Assembly: GCA_003427395.1 (NCBI GenBank)
Contig: BFEA01000031.1
Span: 241,195 to 305,194 of the forward strand
Length of the DNA stretch: 64,000 nt
Direction of reading: 5' to 3'
Source of the DNA: Chara braunii
Taxonomy: Eukaryota; Plantae; Charophyceae
The notes below the pieces were generated by a model. The model worked only from the letters and a program-made list of their open reading frames with translations. It did not search any database and was not told the origin of the DNA. This document shows, piece by piece, positions 1-10,187 of the stretch. The position numbers and the translations under genes were made by a program. Each line of letters opens with the position of its first letter. Within the stretch, counting starts at the first letter, position 1.

Positions 1-1570
1 CTACAAGGAGGGGGGTTCGGCGTTTGCCAAACGCTGGACCCTCTCCCCCTTCGATGCCAGCAGGGGGAGAGGGTCCGGCGTTTCACAAACGCTGGACCCC
101 CCGCACCTCTCTCTATTTGCAGGGGGGGTCCGGCGTTTGCGAGACACTGGACCCTCTCCCCGTCGGCATCGAAGGGGGAGAGTGTCTCTGGACCCCCTCA
201 CCTCTCTCTGCCAGCAGGGGGGTGCGGCGTTTGCGAAACGCTGGACCCTTTCCCCCTTCGGCATCGAAGGGGGAGAGGGTCCGTCGTTTCACAAATGCTG
301 GACCCCCGCACCTCTCTTTGCCAGCAGGGGGGTCCGGCGTTTGCGAAACGTTGGACCCCCTCCCCCTTCGATGCCGAAGGGGGAAAGGGTCCGGCGTTTC
401 GCAAACGCTGGACCCCCACACCTCTCTCTGCCAGCAGGGGGGTCCGGCGTTTCGCAAACGCTGGACCCTCTCCCCCTTCGATGCCAGCAGGGGGNNNNNN
501 NNNNNNNNNNNNNNNNNNNNNNNNNNNNNNNNNNNNNNNNNNNNNNNNNNNNNNNNNNNNNNNNNNNNNNNNNNNNNNNNNNNNNNNNNNNNNNNNNNNN
601 NNNNNNNNNNNNNNNNNNNNNNNNNNNNNNNNNNNNNNNNNNNNNNNNNNNNNNNNNNNNNNNNNACCCCCGCACCTCTCTCTGCAAGCAGGGGGGTCCG
701 ACGTTTGCGAAACGCTGGACCCTCTCCCCCTTCGATGCCAGCAGGGGGAGAGGGTCCGGCGTTTCACAAACGCTGGACCCCCCGCACCTCTCTCTGCCAG
801 CAGGGGGGGTCCGGCGTTTGCGAGACGCTGGACCCTCTCCCCCTTCGGCATCGAAGGGGGAGAGGGTCCGACGTTTCACAAACGCTGGACCCCCACACCT
901 CTCTCTGCCAGCAGGGGGGGTCCGACGTTTGCGAAACGCTGGACCTCCTCCCCCTTCGATGTCGAAGGGGGAGAGGGTTCGGCGTTTCACAAACGTTGGA
1001 CCCCCACACCTCCCTCTGCCAGCAGGGGGGTCGGGCGTTTGCGAAACGCTGGACCCCCACACCTCTCTCTGCCAGCAGGGGGGTCCGGCGTTTGCGAAAT
1101 GCTGGACCCTCTCCCCCTTCGGGTGGAACCCACTAAACTTTTTGCACCAAGGGATGCCCTCCCTGGAACGGTCACATGTGAGGGACTGCTGTTAGGGGCT
1201 ACAGTTGGTGATGTGGTGATGATGCCCTGCCCCTTCTTAAAGGACTTTTCCCGTGGGTGGTGCGCAGGCAGTATCTGTGATAGTACGATGCGCTAGCCCA
1301 GGGGAGTTCGTGTGCAGAGGTTGTATAACCTGCTTCGCTTCGCGCCCTTGTGGGGTCCAGCGTTTGCGAAACGTCGAACCCTCTCCTCATTCGCCGCAGG
1401 TAGGGGAGTGGGTCCAACGTTCCACAAACGCTGGAGCCCCGCTCCTCTTCGTGCCCCCAAGGGGTCTGCGTTTGTGAAAAGCCGGACACTCTCCCCCTTC
1501 GGCACAGATAGGGTGGAGGGTCCAGCGTTTCACAAACGCTGGACTCCCACTCAACTTCGTGCACCGATGT
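1..1570. repeat. Tandem array of palindromic hairpin repeats (~110-120 bp higher-order unit), truncated by the window start and an N gap
   Basis: About 20 copies of GGGTCCGGCGTTT-(GCG/CAC/CGC)-AAACGCTGGACCC alternate with TCTCCCCCTTCG-GCAT-CGAAGGGGGAGA or CCGCACCTCTCTCTGCCAGCAGGGG. Copies are more diverged at 1350-1570. The overlapping ORFs here are repeat artefacts. Confidence 0.95.
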
Positions 1571-1819
1571 AGACCCTCCCTGGAACGATCGCTTGAGAGG
1601 GTCTGTTGTTAGGGGATCCAGTTGGTGATATGGCAATGACAATTGTCTGTTTGTCCGGTCGGTCTTTGCGTATGTTTTGCTCGTTCAGGAAGGAAATCGA
1701 GGAATTCAAGAGATGGGGAGAAAAGGATAAACAACAGGTCCAAACTCTACCGTGATAAGCTTTGGGCTCTTGAATGGGTGGGTGGCACCCATGAGGCCTG
1801 ATGTGGTGCTATAGTTTTC

Positions 1820-4800
1820 TTGACGGAAGACGGAGGTCTGAATTGGTACTGTTGTGGTGGCATCATGAAGTCCGAGGGCGATGAGGCGACGATGGAGAAG
1901 GGCAAGGTTGACGACAGAGAATTGAGGAAATTTCATCTCACTTCTGTTTACGATGAACAGGGCACCGACTGGGTCGACGCCGACAAGAAAGTCAGCCTCG
2001 ACCTAACCCAGTTCAAAGGGTACGGTCACAGGGCGTTCGGTATGAAACCTTTCGAAGCGAAGGGGGGTGGAATTGAGGTTCGGATGGTTCATCCGGTGGA
2101 TTTTCTTAACAAAACAAACAGCTATAGAAAAAGTGGTCAGTACCCGATAGTAGACGCCGGTCATCAGTTCACAGGACCGCTTGTCCCGTACGACACTCCG
2201 GTCCAGGGCGTCGCTGGCATTTTGAAGTCTTGTGGTGAAGCACGCCAAGAACCTTCAACTTCTCAGCAACATTCAGACGTTGCTCAGAAGGTAATTACGT
2301 ACTCCAGGCGGTCGGGGGCAGGTTTATCGGATAAGGCTGCGAAGAGGAAACAACTCGCCACAACTCCACCGCAACTGCAAGGACTTGCTGCGACTGCTGG
2401 CACTTCACGCTCGTGGCAGACGGATCTTCAAGCCGTCGACCAACGGTCTGAGGAGCAAACGGAAACGGAGGAGGATGTTGGGTTCCATGGACGGGACGTG
2501 GGGTCCTTGGAGGACTCACGACACGGGGGCGCCGGAGGAGACAGCGAAGGGAACGTGGAACTCGAACAACGTCCTCGTGGCAGTGGGCGATGTGATGACG
2601 ATTGTTCGGATGAGGAACACAATGACAGGGAACAAAGTGAAATGGGTGCGTGGAGTGGTGGGCCACACAATGACATGGAACAAAGTGAACGAATGCAGAA
2701 TGAGGATGAGCAGGACGATGGAGGGAATGGCGATGTAGAAACGGGTGGGGCTTCGAAGAGTAGGTCTAAGCGGAAAGCAAATGCATCCCTAACACCAGCA
2801 GCGATGAAGAAACAAGTCAGAAAAGAATTTGTGGATGATGCTCGATGTGCCTTGGATGCATCACAGGAAACGCTTGGCGAAGCCGGCAAGAAACGTAAAG
2901 AAGGAAGCCGTTTTCGCAAAACATCGCAACCTAAGAGGACTACACGCTCATCAAGGCTTCCCAAGTCAGATGATTTAAGTGACGACGCTGAAGGGGTGGG
3001 CCCTCGTCGACCTGACCTCATTGCCGAGGACGAAACGGAAACGAAGAAGCCCCGTGCAGTCGACATGACACGGTGCTTCTTTCTCAAGTACGATGAAGAC
3101 GGCAGAAAAAGAAAAGACGTGCCAAGGGTTTGCATAGATGTCATGTCGATTCTTCCGATTCCCGAGGGGAATATCGAATTCAACCAGCGGTCGCTGAACA
3201 AGGCAATTGTTGCAGGTCTCGATGCATTAATTGATAGGTCCACTGCTCAAAGGGGTGTGGATGATGATGCTCCGTGCGAACCGTCGGAGTTGACACTCGC
3301 TCCAATTACGCCTTGCGCGAATGACCCCAATGTCCAAGGAACACGTGTTCTTCCGGAGGACTTTGATTGGAGGCGTGCGAAGGAATACTTCTATTACCCG
3401 GTTGCTGGGCAGCACACCGCAGAGGCCATGAAAAGAGCGGTACGTCGGGGATCTCCTGCTGTTGCCATTTATAGTTTGCACGATTATGACCGTGTGCGCG
3501 TTGTTTACTTTGACGACGATCACAAACACGGGTATTCGATTGTTTCGACATACGACAACGCAAAAGGTGACCGTGCCATGTTACCGTCGTTCCACCAGGC
3601 GTGTGAAGACATAAGAGGTTTTTGGCGGTTGAAGAACTACATCAAGCCTGTGGGTTTCAAGGTGGCTGAAAATGACATCAACGGTAAAATGCACCAGGAG
3701 ACGTGGCGGGAATTCATGAGGGTTTGCATGACCTGGTCATGTGAAAAAAGCCTTTGGACTGAGGCCTTGCATCCGAAGTGGCAGCCCGACTGGTCGAACC
3801 GGATAAGAGGATACATGAACGTGGCGACGTGTAAGAGGTGGATATGGCCGTTGGTGAAAAAGTATTTTGAGAAGTTCGAAGCAGGAGAGTTGTCACTTTA
3901 CGATGGCAGGTGCCCTAGAGATATGTCGGGGAGGCAAGAGGGGAAGCTTCCGGGGCAATATACGGAAGAAGTCAATGGGAAAAAGGAGGTGTTCCATTGC
4001 ATAGCGGCTAAGGACGGGGGGCATGGAGCCACCGTCACCTTCAAAGATCTCGTTCCATCAAACTTCAAACGGTTTGGAGATATGACGGCGCGAGAGAAGG
4101 AAGTCGCATTGAGGTTGATGATCAACAAGAAGGTCATAGCCACCGCTAGACAGGTTCCTACGGGGAAGTTGAACATGGACAACCTCCTCGACATTATCAT
4201 GCGAGAGAGGTACATGATGCGTCTCTTCAACTACATCGTGTTCAAATCGGAGAACAGAGAGAAGGACGACTGGAACCAAAAGTTCTTCTTCGATTACAAT
4301 GGCATGACAGAGAGGTACGGTGTCACAGCGGAAGCATGGGACGAGGAAAGGGATAGAATCCCTTTGGAGTACGTCAGGAAGGTTCCAAAACGACTTGGTG
4401 GCGACCAAGAAATGAAAGGCCTGAAAGGAGCAGGGTTGAAGGCCACAGGGGCATTGTATAAAGATGCGCCATTTCATTTTAAGGTCTTCGTGTATCAGGC
4501 GATAGGAAAGGGGGATTTGCTCATGGCAGAGATGCGGCGATTGTCAAATGTTGCGCTTCACCTGTTGTGGGAAGGGAAAGGGCAACGAGCAACATTGCTG
4601 TCGATTAATATGAACCCAAAGGAGCTGCTGCCTGCGCAAGACGAAGTCGTTACCGCTGCCACAAACCTTAATTGCAAGGCCACCATCTTGGATCTCGCAT
4701 TACCGTCGCATTGCTCTGCCTGGTCGTCGGAGGACTTCGACGCTCTATACAAAATTATGTCCAAGTTGTGCGGCAAGAATTGGACATTGATCGTCTTCGC

Positions 4801-6985
4801 GCCACAGAAACATCACAAGACCGTCATGCGACACCTCTACAATTGGGAGAACGTTGAGGTGATACCAGGCACTTGGAAGCGCTTTATGGGGGTCGGAACG
4901 ACTTTCAATAAATACGGGAATACGCAAATTGAGAGTAAGGACACGATGAGGATCGTCCTGCATGCCGAGGGAGGCGACCTCAGAAAGGTTACAAGAGTGC
5001 CGCGCTCAAAAGCGGACATTGTGGAAGTAAACGTCGTGGAACAATTTTTTAAGCGGTGTGCAGCAAAACATGGCGGCGATGAAGGCAGTGAAAAAGAGGA
5101 GTATGGGCGTTGGGAACGAGAGCCGCAGCAGCTACAAACCTTATGCAGATCATTTCTACATGAGGACGAAGGGGTTATAGTCCTTGGGAAGCCACATGTT
5201 GGCCTTGTGTGGGAGCTTTTGCGCGCGGGGAACCATGTATTTGCGTGCGATGCATCGTCCAAAGACATCGCATATTTGACAAAGGCCATCGAAATACTCG
5301 CCAAGGATCCTCGAAACGATTGCACCATCGAAAAACATAAGAGCACACAACGCTCGGACAGGGACATGTACCACAAGTTGGGGAAGAAGAGAAAAAAAAT
5401 GTGGGACTACTTGTTCCAGGGCGACCCCAAGACTGCATTCCAGCACAAGTACATCTATCGTAAAGCGATGACACAAGAAGCATATGGTGGTTACCACAAG
5501 GCGGAGGTGGGGGCATTCGCGTTGTTTGTGACGCGATGCGAAGAGCTGAAGTTCATGAGACAATGCAGCAAGTTGACGTACAGCGACTACAGTGACGTCG
5601 CACGTAGAACAGATGCGTGGAATCTGATTGACAGCGATGAAGAGACTGAGACCTCGGACCTTGAAATCGACCTACGGGTTAAGCATTCTCGAGATGGTGC
5701 ACATGGTCGTGAGGGAGTGCAAAATGTTCCGGATGACAGCGTGCAAAACGAGAACCCCGAAGGAGGTCTGCGGCAATTTGGACCACTGAGCACTCATGTG
5801 GATGACACACAGGACAGGGCAAGTTCCACTGGTGAATTCCCAAGGGATTCACTGACACCCGTTCAAGCCGTAATTAACATCGTAATTCACGGCAATCGCT
5901 ACGGATATCAAGGAGAGAAGAGGTCCATCGGACGGATGTCTGGAGGGATGAGGATGAACGACGTGCGGGAAGACGCCGAGGAGGATGACTTGGTTGTTCC
6001 AGGTGTCTTCCCAAAGTTGACGCCCGGTGATGATATTCCAGAAAGCTTCATGCAGGGCTCCACCTCGCCCTGTGTATTTCATGACGTGGGGGAAGAGACG
6101 TCGTCAAAGAAGTGGGGGCATCACATACTGTGGCACCCAGATGCGTTCGAACCGTGCATTGACGAGGGGAAGTGGGCAATGGCACTGCATCTGAGGGATG
6201 GCTGGAAAGTCAAACCCAGGATGGCAAAAGATTCATGGTTGAAAACCACAAACAGTGAAATCCTATTATGCGTTACGAAGGAAAACCATGGTGCCGATGA
6301 AGCCCTTATATGCGCGAAGGCCCAATCGTTGTTCGAGTCTCTACGCTTCAACAATCGCTTGGCGTACAAGCATCAGTTTTACGACTTTCCATCAAGCCGG
6401 TCGTATAACAAAATCGATTGGAAAATCGTACAGCCTCCCACATGCCACGGGCTCGATAGCATTACTGTTGGATGTTCGCAGCTTGCGGCAATGTCGCAGA
6501 CTAACTTTGCAGTGANTGCAGAAGAAGCGTTGAGTCAAACGCGTGTCGCAGCAAACGACACAGAGAAGGGAAACACCCTTCTTCAAGGAGATGGAGAGCG
6601 GACGACTACGGGGGTTAAGGGAGCTCCGACGTCTCAGGCGGTCGAACAAAAATCAAACGTTGCATCATACGGACCTCCGCTTTTGACACAGCTGGGAAAC
6701 GAAGGAGCATCGCAAATGGAGAGTCCCACTCCTTCAGTGGAGGATGTGGTTGCAAAGGCGATGCAACCAGGTGTGTGTACAGAACTTGCAGCCGAGGCGA
6801 AAGAAAACTCAGGCGAGGTGATGAAACTGTTGAATGATGTCGAGAGGGAAGAGAAGAATAAACTCGAAAGGTCCAACACATCGGCCAATGTGATTAATTG
6901 CATTTCCGAGAGCGAGGAAGGGCAAGTTGCACATGCAGAGGGGGATGCTGGCGATGAAGATGTCGGGGAAGATAACAAGGAGTAG
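1820..6985 (+). CDS. Large (~1700 aa) probably TE-borne protein with a ParB/Srx-like domain (~3120-3560) and a degenerate N6A/N4C (beta-class) DNA-methyltransferase-like domain (~4620-5300)
   Basis: Uninterrupted 5.1-kb ORF; first ATG ~1865. ParB-like: FNQRSLNKAIVAGL...LTLAP...YYPVAGQHTAEAM...VRVV...DN. MTase-like motif order IV..VIII-X-I: KATILDLALP...WTLIVF...GTWKR...REPQQLQTLCRSFLHEDEGVIVLGKPHVGLVWELLRAGNHVFACDAS. Acidic disordered linkers. The ORF is solid; the domain calls are by eye. Confidence 0.7.
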   Translation: MTEDGGLNWYCCGGIMKSEGDEATMEKGKVDDRELRKFHLTSVYDEQGTDWVDADKKVSLDLTQFKGYGHRAFGMKPFEAKGGGIEVRMVHPVDFLNKTNSYRKSGQYPIVDAGHQFTGPLVPYDTPVQGVAGILKSCGEARQEPSTSQQHSDVAQKVITYSRRSGAGLSDKAAKRKQLATTPPQLQGLAATAGTSRSWQTDLQAVDQRSEEQTETEEDVGFHGRDVGSLEDSRHGGAGGDSEGNVELEQRPRGSGRCDDDCSDEEHNDREQSEMGAWSGGPHNDMEQSERMQNEDEQDDGGNGDVETGGASKSRSKRKANASLTPAAMKKQVRKEFVDDARCALDASQETLGEAGKKRKEGSRFRKTSQPKRTTRSSRLPKSDDLSDDAEGVGPRRPDLIAEDETETKKPRAVDMTRCFFLKYDEDGRKRKDVPRVCIDVMSILPIPEGNIEFNQRSLNKAIVAGLDALIDRSTAQRGVDDDAPCEPSELTLAPITPCANDPNVQGTRVLPEDFDWRRAKEYFYYPVAGQHTAEAMKRAVRRGSPAVAIYSLHDYDRVRVVYFDDDHKHGYSIVSTYDNAKGDRAMLPSFHQACEDIRGFWRLKNYIKPVGFKVAENDINGKMHQETWREFMRVCMTWSCEKSLWTEALHPKWQPDWSNRIRGYMNVATCKRWIWPLVKKYFEKFEAGELSLYDGRCPRDMSGRQEGKLPGQYTEEVNGKKEVFHCIAAKDGGHGATVTFKDLVPSNFKRFGDMTAREKEVALRLMINKKVIATARQVPTGKLNMDNLLDIIMRERYMMRLFNYIVFKSENREKDDWNQKFFFDYNGMTERYGVTAEAWDEERDRIPLEYVRKVPKRLGGDQEMKGLKGAGLKATGALYKDAPFHFKVFVYQAIGKGDLLMAEMRRLSNVALHLLWEGKGQRATLLSINMNPKELLPAQDEVVTAATNLNCKATILDLALPSHCSAWSSEDFDALYKIMSKLCGKNWTLIVFAPQKHHKTVMRHLYNWENVEVIPGTWKRFMGVGTTFNKYGNTQIESKDTMRIVLHAEGGDLRKVTRVPRSKADIVEVNVVEQFFKRCAAKHGGDEGSEKEEYGRWEREPQQLQTLCRSFLHEDEGVIVLGKPHVGLVWELLRAGNHVFACDASSKDIAYLTKAIEILAKDPRNDCTIEKHKSTQRSDRDMYHKLGKKRKKMWDYLFQGDPKTAFQHKYIYRKAMTQEAYGGYHKAEVGAFALFVTRCEELKFMRQCSKLTYSDYSDVARRTDAWNLIDSDEETETSDLEIDLRVKHSRDGAHGREGVQNVPDDSVQNENPEGGLRQFGPLSTHVDDTQDRASSTGEFPRDSLTPVQAVINIVIHGNRYGYQGEKRSIGRMSGGMRMNDVREDAEEDDLVVPGVFPKLTPGDDIPESFMQGSTSPCVFHDVGEETSSKKWGHHILWHPDAFEPCIDEGKWAMALHLRDGWKVKPRMAKDSWLKTTNSEILLCVTKENHGADEALICAKAQSLFESLRFNNRLAYKHQFYDFPSSRSYNKIDWKIVQPPTCHGLDSITVGCSQLAAMSQTNFAVXAEEALSQTRVAANDTEKGNTLLQGDGERTTTGVKGAPTSQAVEQKSNVASYGPPLLTQLGNEGASQMESPTPSVEDVVAKAMQPGVCTELAAEAKENSGEVMKLLNDVEREEKNKLERSNTSANVINCISESEEGQVAHAEGDAGDEDVGEDNKE

Positions 6986-7080
6986 AACGAAGGGGACGAA
7001 CGAGAGACACTCGTTAGACGTTCGACAAGAGAAAAGGAAAAAACACAAAGGATGAATATTTAGAGACATGAACAGGGTAG

Positions 7081-7321
7081 TGTGTGTGTGTGTGTGTGTG
7101 TGTGTGTCTGTGTGTGTGTGTGTGTATATGTGCGTGTGTGTGTGTGTGTGTGTGATGGCAGCTGTGTGTAGATATGTATGCAAGTGAAGTGGAGTGTCTA
7201 TGTGTATATGTGCATAGATAGAGTGACGACGCGCCATTGATATGAACAATATGAATGACATAAAATGTTATGCAAAGTTTTGAGAGGATTGAGGAATAAA
7301 ATGTTAATCGTAATATGTGGC

Positions 7322-7379
<58 letters not shown>

Positions 7380-7478
7380 NNNNNNNNNNNNNNNNNNNNN
7401 NNNNNNNNNNNNNNNNNNNNNNNNNNNNNNNNNNNNNNNNNNNNNNNNNNNNNNNNNNNNNNNNTCTCTCTCTCTCTC
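7081..7478. repeat. (GT)n and (CT)n microsatellites with an N gap (in a candidate intron)
   Basis: Directly visible. Confidence 0.95.
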
Positions 7479-7794
7479 AATGATTGAGTTCAGTTGTCAA
7501 TAAATGATGTAATGCTATCTCCGAACTGTCAATGATTGAGTTCAGTTGTCAATAAATAATGTAATGCATAATGCATAGTGACGAAAGTGCATTATAAACG
7601 ATGTAGCGTTGTGTTATTTCCGCTTCGTTAACTCCGTTTTTCGTATAAGCACCCAACCCCTTTACAGTAAGACTCGCTATGACATTTGCATTAACCCATC
7701 AAACCGAGTGCATATAGCATGACTGGGACCACACATCTTATAACAGTAGCTCACATAAAGACATGCCGCTTGGTCATGTGCAGCGCAAACAAAA

Positions 7795-8619
7795 ATGGAG
7801 GATAATCGGAGGTGCAAAAAAGGATGGACCGTACGCTTGGCAACAACGAACTTGACGGAGCACGAGATGGTGGCACTCACACGATTGCCGGTTGATATCG
7901 GGAATAAAGACATCATAACAAGCTCGTATAACGAAGACACAAGGGAAGAACTCACGATGACTGTTAACGGTTTTAGCTTACTAATGGTAGAAAAAAAATG
8001 GTTGAATGAGGAGATAGTAAACTTTTATCTTAACCTCGTGAAACTAGACAACGAGTGTCGTGTGAAGCATATAGACTGCGACTCAAATAATGAGAATGTT
8101 GTTAGAACTGGAAAGGGGCGCATCCCTATAATAGCAATTCTAAGCTCGTTTTTTTTTGCCAAACTATTTGGTAGCAATATGAAGTTCCACTACGATAAGG
8201 TTCGCAAATGGTTCACAGAGGTTGTGATTAGCGACATGGATTTGATTATTGCGCCTTTCCATGTCTTGCACAACCAACATTGGACACTCGTAGTGGCAGA
8301 CTTGAGACGCAGGAAATTCGAGTACTACGACTCGCTGACACCAGACAAAGAACTCGCGATGAAGGTGACAGGGGGGTTCGCAAAATTTTTGTACATGAGA
8401 TCGATCGAACAAGGTCAAGAGATCGACAGCAAACAGTTCAACCATATATGGACAGTGGAAGACATTCCAAAGCAACACGACTTCAACGATTGCGGTGTGT
8501 TTATGCTCACATATGCATCACTGTTGGCGAGAGGGTTCCTGCCACTATTCAACTTCACATCAGATGACAGTAAGAAACTACGATACTTGATAGCTTTCGA
8601 CGTAGCAGTTGTGGAGTAG
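7795..8619 (+). CDS. Ulp1/SENP-family (peptidase C48) SUMO/ubiquitin-like protease
   Basis: WLNEEIVNFYL, SSFFFAKL, YDKVRKW, HWTLVV (His), YYDSL (Asp), PKQ...DCGVFML (oxyanion Gln, Cys). Catalytic triad intact; intronless; may be the last exon of the upstream ORF. Confidence 0.93.
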   Translation: MEDNRRCKKGWTVRLATTNLTEHEMVALTRLPVDIGNKDIITSSYNEDTREELTMTVNGFSLLMVEKKWLNEEIVNFYLNLVKLDNECRVKHIDCDSNNENVVRTGKGRIPIIAILSSFFFAKLFGSNMKFHYDKVRKWFTEVVISDMDLIIAPFHVLHNQHWTLVVADLRRRKFEYYDSLTPDKELAMKVTGGFAKFLYMRSIEQGQEIDSKQFNHIWTVEDIPKQHDFNDCGVFMLTYASLLARGFLPLFNFTSDDSKKLRYLIAFDVAVVE

Positions 8620-8774
8620 ACGATTATGAGGTTGTTACATTAGTCATCCACGCACATGAGAGGAAATGCAGTGACCACAAGTACAGGTGATAACAGGAGA
8701 AAACGAGCTTGCTAGAGTAAACGGGATAATTGATGCAATTACACAAAAGGTGTAAATGGTTGTACAAGACATTC

Positions 8775-8910
8775 ACCCTTACACCTAACCACTTATCACC
8801 TTACCCCTTATCCGACACACCTTACCCCTTACCCCTTACCCCTTACCCCCTTAACCCTTATCCCCTACCCCTTACCCCCTACCCCTTACCCCTTACCCCT
8901 TACCCCCCCC
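8775..8910 (+). repeat. (CCCCTTA)n telomere-like / G4-prone tandem repeat
   Basis: Degenerate ccccttaccccttacccctta run immediately upstream of the Penelope-like RT remnant. Confidence 0.85.
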
Positions 8911-9049
8911 ATTTGTGTCACAAATTAATCCCCATGGAAGACAAAATAGACAAAAAATTAGAGTTTCAATTTTGTTAAAAAATAAAAATATGTCCGTTTT
9001 GACGAAATCGTTGTTCCAAGCATAAAGATGTACAGAAGTGGAGGCCTAT

Positions 9050-10187
9050 CTATCCATCTTACTCTGAATGCAGTGTACGCGCATGTCGGAAGATCTCTCG
9101 GACCATTAATGTGTTGATATGGGATCTGCCGAAGAAATCTCATCTCAATTTGAAATGTACCGATCTTTTGGTCGACTCCTTGAAAACGATTAACAAGAGT
9201 GTGATGAAAGGTGAAGCACTGTTGAGGGGGGGTTTTGACATCAAAGAGATGTTCTGTAACTTACTTCATGATTCCATTCTGCAAGCTTTGGACTGGGTGT
9301 TGGATTTCTGAAAGACGAAGGGTGTCGAGGGGATGCTTCTCCAGAAACGAGGGAAGGGGGCAAAATTACAACGAGGTAGGAAGCAAGAAGGATGGGATTC
9401 TGTGGGTTTTGACATTATTAAAGTCTTCGTTAGCTTTGACTTGGACCACACCCTTATACGAGCATGTGGTATGATCCTGAAACAAGGTGTTGGGATCCCA
9501 ATGGGAAAACCCTCTAGTCCTGCTATTGCTTGTTTGTTGTGTGTTCATTCTGAATTCTCCTTTCTCACTTCGCTGGGCAATGACCGTCGTTTGGTTCAAG
9601 GAGTTAGGCTTATAGACGATGTTACCGTCTTTGTTCGATACAAGGTCGGTGACTGTGAATCTTGGCAGAAGGCACTAGACATCCTCGGTGCCTTTGAGAA
9701 TTGTTACGACAAGAATCTGTTGTGTGAGTGTACGAGTACATCCGTTTGTTGGGAATTTTTTGGTTGCGTGATTCGCAACTTTGGATGGCCGATTGGTGTG
9801 CATTGTGAGGCTGTTCACAGGAACCAAAGAGTGATTCTTGATAAAGGAATCTGTTTCCAGAATTTGCAGGACAACTGTTCCTATGTTAGTAAGAAGCAGA
9901 GAATGGTCGTGGTCGGCTCTTTCTTACATCGGGCCAAACGTTTCACCAGTATCCTGGTCGTGGAAATTGCCTTCCTCTTTACCCTCAAGGTTGAGTTGAG
10001 GGTTCGGGGTTTTCCTTATGACATTTTTGACAAATCACTCTGTGTCTTCCCGTCTAAATTTGGAGGAATTTGGGATGTTTGGATTGATTGGCTAACGGGT
10101 TGTGATAAATCTGTTTCCGAGCGTAGGATAAGTTGGGGGAATATCAGGGCCCTTCGTCCTGTTCAGGCTGGGGGCAATCGCTTATAG
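9050..10187 (+). pseudogene. 5'-truncated Penelope-like element (PLE) reverse transcriptase with no C-terminal GIY-YIG
   Basis: ORFs 9111-9311 and 9333-10187 are in the same frame with one TGA between them. FDIKEMFCNL (motif A), QGVGIPMGKPSSPAIACL (motif B), RLIDDV (motif C) and a PLE-type thumb (FLHRA...RGFP). Confidence 0.8.

Noticed and set aside
30-41. ACGCTGGACCC shared between the hairpin array and the LINE tail motif
   Set aside because: Only 11 nt and paired differently in the two structures; probably coincidental.
1-1296. Long overlapping ORFs in all six frames
   Set aside because: Products of a GC-rich, stop-poor tandem repeat spanning an N gap.
1-1570. CRISPR-like array
   Set aside because: The intervening sequences are themselves repeated rather than unique spacers, there are no cas genes, and the context is eukaryotic.
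7795-8619. Polinton/adenovirus-type maturation protease indicating an endogenous virus
   Set aside because: The motifs are classic Ulp1/C48, and no capsid, pPolB or packaging ATPase is visible.
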